A stretch of DNA of 64,000 nt from Fibrobacteria bacterium (GTDB lineage Bacteria; Fibrobacterota; Fibrobacteria; UBA11236; JADFYW01): assembly GCA_965261055.1 (NCBI GenBank), contig OZ253440.1, positions 44,726 through 108,725 of the forward strand. The letters are read 5' to 3'. A program made the translations under genes and the position numbers. The number at the start of each line of letters is the position of its first letter. Positions within the stretch are counted from its first letter, which is position 1. The notes beneath the pieces were generated by a model. It saw only the letters and a list, made by a program, of their open reading frames with translations. It made no database searches and was not told where the DNA came from. Positions 61,780 through 64,000 of the stretch are shown here, piece after piece.

Positions 61780-62760
61780 TTAAGGCTTTTTTTGGAGGCG
61801 TTCTTTAAGCTTTTGGTTAAATTCTTTAGCGATATATACGCCTGAATTTTTTAGAAGCCAATCCATAGCAATAACTTCAGACATAACAGTTAAATTCTTT
61901 CCAGGAGTTACTGGAAGAACTTTTTTGGTTATGGCAATATCAAAAATATTAACTGTTTCCTCTTCTAGACCACTGCGATCAAAAACTTTTTTATCATCCC
62001 AACTTTGAAGCTCTACAATTGTATTTAATGTTTTTCTGGGCTTAACAGAACGAATACCAAATAAAGACTGAATGTTAATGATTCCAATTCCTCTTACTTC
62101 CATGTGATATTCTAGAAAATCATTTTTTTTGCCAACAATAGATGAGAAACTTTTTTCAAGATGAACAGAATCATCTGATATAAATGAATGACCTCTTTCA
62201 ATTAAATCTAGAGCACATTCACTTTTTCCAACACCGCTTTTTCCAATGTAAAGAATGCCAACACCATAGACATCAACAAGTGTACCGTGAACTTTGCAAA
62301 AAGGAGAAAACCATTTGTCTATCATGAATTGAATGTTGTATTGAAATTTTTCGGTAGGAAATTCACTTACAAATAAAGGGGTATGGTTATTTTTACAAAA
62401 GTCAATAAAATCAGGAAAAGGTTGTTGATGGTTTGTCACTATCCATGCAGGAATGTCTTTAAGATTAATTTTTTCTTGTAGATTTTGATAAATTTTTTTT
62501 CTTTGTTTTATAGTCAATGATTTTAAATAACTCCACTCAGTAAAACCAATAAGTTGTGTTTTTTTGGAGGGGAATTGGTCAAAAAAACCTGTGAAAGCTA
62601 AACTAGGACGGTGTGGATAAGGGTTGTCGCTTAAAATTTTCTTTGTATCTATACAGCTATTATTAAAAATCTTTAGTTTTAGATTGTCTTTGTATAGATC
62701 AAAAAACTTTTGTATAGGTAAACTTTTACGAACTTGAGAATTAAAATTGATTTTGTGCAT
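61780..62760 (-). CDS. hprK: HPr kinase/phosphorylase
   Basis: HGTLVDVYGVG, GKSGVGKSECALDLI.RGH, SDD, EVRGIGII, PGKNL. Confidence 0.95.
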   Translation of the reverse strand: MHKINFNSQVRKSLPIQKFFDLYKDNLKLKIFNNSCIDTKKILSDNPYPHRPSLAFTGFFDQFPSKKTQLIGFTEWSYLKSLTIKQRKKIYQNLQEKINLKDIPAWIVTNHQQPFPDFIDFCKNNHTPLFVSEFPTEKFQYNIQFMIDKWFSPFCKVHGTLVDVYGVGILYIGKSGVGKSECALDLIERGHSFISDDSVHLEKSFSSIVGKKNDFLEYHMEVRGIGIINIQSLFGIRSVKPRKTLNTIVELQSWDDKKVFDRSGLEEETVNIFDIAITKKVLPVTPGKNLTVMSEVIAMDWLLKNSGVYIAKEFNQKLKERLQKKP

Positions 62761-62770
62761 ATCTTTTAAA

Positions 62771-64000
62771 CTAGAATTTTTTCCTCATGCGGGCAGGTAG
62801 TATTTTTAGCTCTTCACGGTATTTTGCAACAGTGCGTCGAGCAACTGTAATGTTTTTTTGTTGTAGCAGTTTAGAAATTTTATCATCGCTTAAGGGTTTC
62901 AACGGATCTTCTTGTTGAATAACCTTTTTAAGAGATGTTTTTATGGTAGTTGAGGAAATATCTTCTCCTTGCTTATTTTGAATTTTGGAACTAAAGAATT
63001 TCTTTAATGGATAGCAACCATAAGGAGTTTGTATATATTTTTCGTTAACAACACGACTAACGGTGGAGATATGCATTTTAATGTCAAGAGCTACATCCTC
63101 TAGAGTCATAGAAACTAGATGTTCTGGACCTTTTAAAAAGAAGTCTCTTTGTTTGCGAGATAAACTTTCTGATATTTTTAAGATAGTTGATTTTCGTTGT
63201 TCTATTGATTGAATTAAGGAGGAGGCTGAATGCAACTTTTTCTTTATAAATTCTTTTGTTTGTTTATTCGCAGAGTTTCCTTTTTTAATTAAATTTTTAT
63301 AATGATTTGAAATATTTAGAATGGGGATAATCCTATTATTATAAGAAACAATAATGTCTTGATCAAACACTTGTACTAAAACATCTGGAATGACTGCATG
63401 TACAAATTGGTTATCATAAACACTAGCTGGTCTTACATTTAGTTTTCCGATATTTTTAAGAGCTTTTTGCACTAGTGCAACAGATGTATTTAGCTTTTGA
63501 GCTAAAGATGGTATTTTAAGGTCTTTCAATAAATTAAAATGATGTTCTAAAATTTGTATTTCGATAGAGAAATCACCAGATTTTCGGTGGAGTTGCATTA
63601 AAAGGCATTCTTGAAGATCTTTTGCACCTATTCCATGAGGTTCAAAGTATTTTAAAATGTGGAAAGCTTCTTGAACATTTGGATTGGATAAATCTTGCTC
63701 AAGCTCATTGGCTAAAACTAATTCTATTTGTCTCTTTTCTATATTAGGGTTTTGCTGGATTGGTAGTGCTTTATATGGATCTTGATAAGTTAGGTATCCT
63801 TTTTCATCAATAAAATCAATGAGATACTCCACCAGTTCTTTAATTTTTGGTGTTGTTTTTCTCATTTGAAGTTGTTTGAGTAAATGTGTTTGAAGAGTGA
63901 TAGGAGAAACTGGATTGAAATCTAAAGTCTCTCTGTTATATTCTGTGTTTTTTACTTTAGGTAAATTGTCGTCATCAAACAAAGCGTCCCAATCGACTTC
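62771..64000 (-). CDS. rpoN: RNA polymerase sigma-54 (5' end lies beyond the window)
   Basis: GIGAKDLQECL, HISTVSR, DPLKPLSD, RpoN box ARRTVAKYRE; the frame stays open to base 64000. Confidence 0.96.
   Translation of the reverse strand, partial: EVDWDALFDDDNLPKVKNTEYNRETLDFNPVSPITLQTHLLKQLQMRKTTPKIKELVEYLIDFIDEKGYLTYQDPYKALPIQQNPNIEKRQIELVLANELEQDLSNPNVQEAFHILKYFEPHGIGAKDLQECLLMQLHRKSGDFSIEIQILEHHFNLLKDLKIPSLAQKLNTSVALVQKALKNIGKLNVRPASVYDNQFVHAVIPDVLVQVFDQDIIVSYNNRIIPILNISNHYKNLIKKGNSANKQTKEFIKKKLHSASSLIQSIEQRKSTILKISESLSRKQRDFFLKGPEHLVSMTLEDVALDIKMHISTVSRVVNEKYIQTPYGCYPLKKFFSSKIQNKQGEDISSTTIKTSLKKVIQQEDPLKPLSDDKISKLLQQKNITVARRTVAKYREELKILPARMRKKF

Overview
AT-rich bacterial chromosomal window, standard genetic code. 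The rplM-rpsI-rpsB gene order, bshC and an FCB-type ClpC point to the FCB group, possibly Fibrobacterota (inference). It is mostly core genes: ribosomal proteins, dnaG, relA/spoT, a stand-alone EF-G, TCA enzymes (icd, citrate synthase, sucCD, mdh), clpC, ung, xseAB, alaS, scpAB, mutS and rpoN. There are three tRNAs (Ser-GGA, Arg-CCT, Ala-GGC), each followed on its 3' side by decayed accessory DNA: Crp/Fnr and DUF4268 pseudogenes, a collapsed double restriction-modification locus, and a lipoprotein remnant. I found no CRISPR array, transposase or integrase. Best leads: (1) a translationally coupled methyltransferase-bshC-Cys-motif protein operon, a candidate N-methyl-bacillithiol system with an uncharacterised partner; (2) an rpoN-hprK-mlaD-HPr-EI-mlaE cluster interleaving a permease-less PTS relay with Mla/MCE lipid transport; (3) a recurring TAnnnT-N7-ATG architecture suggesting leaderless mRNAs; (4) a four-module receptor-L-domain lipoprotein with a decayed extra copy and a duplicated RBS/start. 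All calls come from reading motifs by eye; no database search was run, and pseudogene boundaries are approximate.
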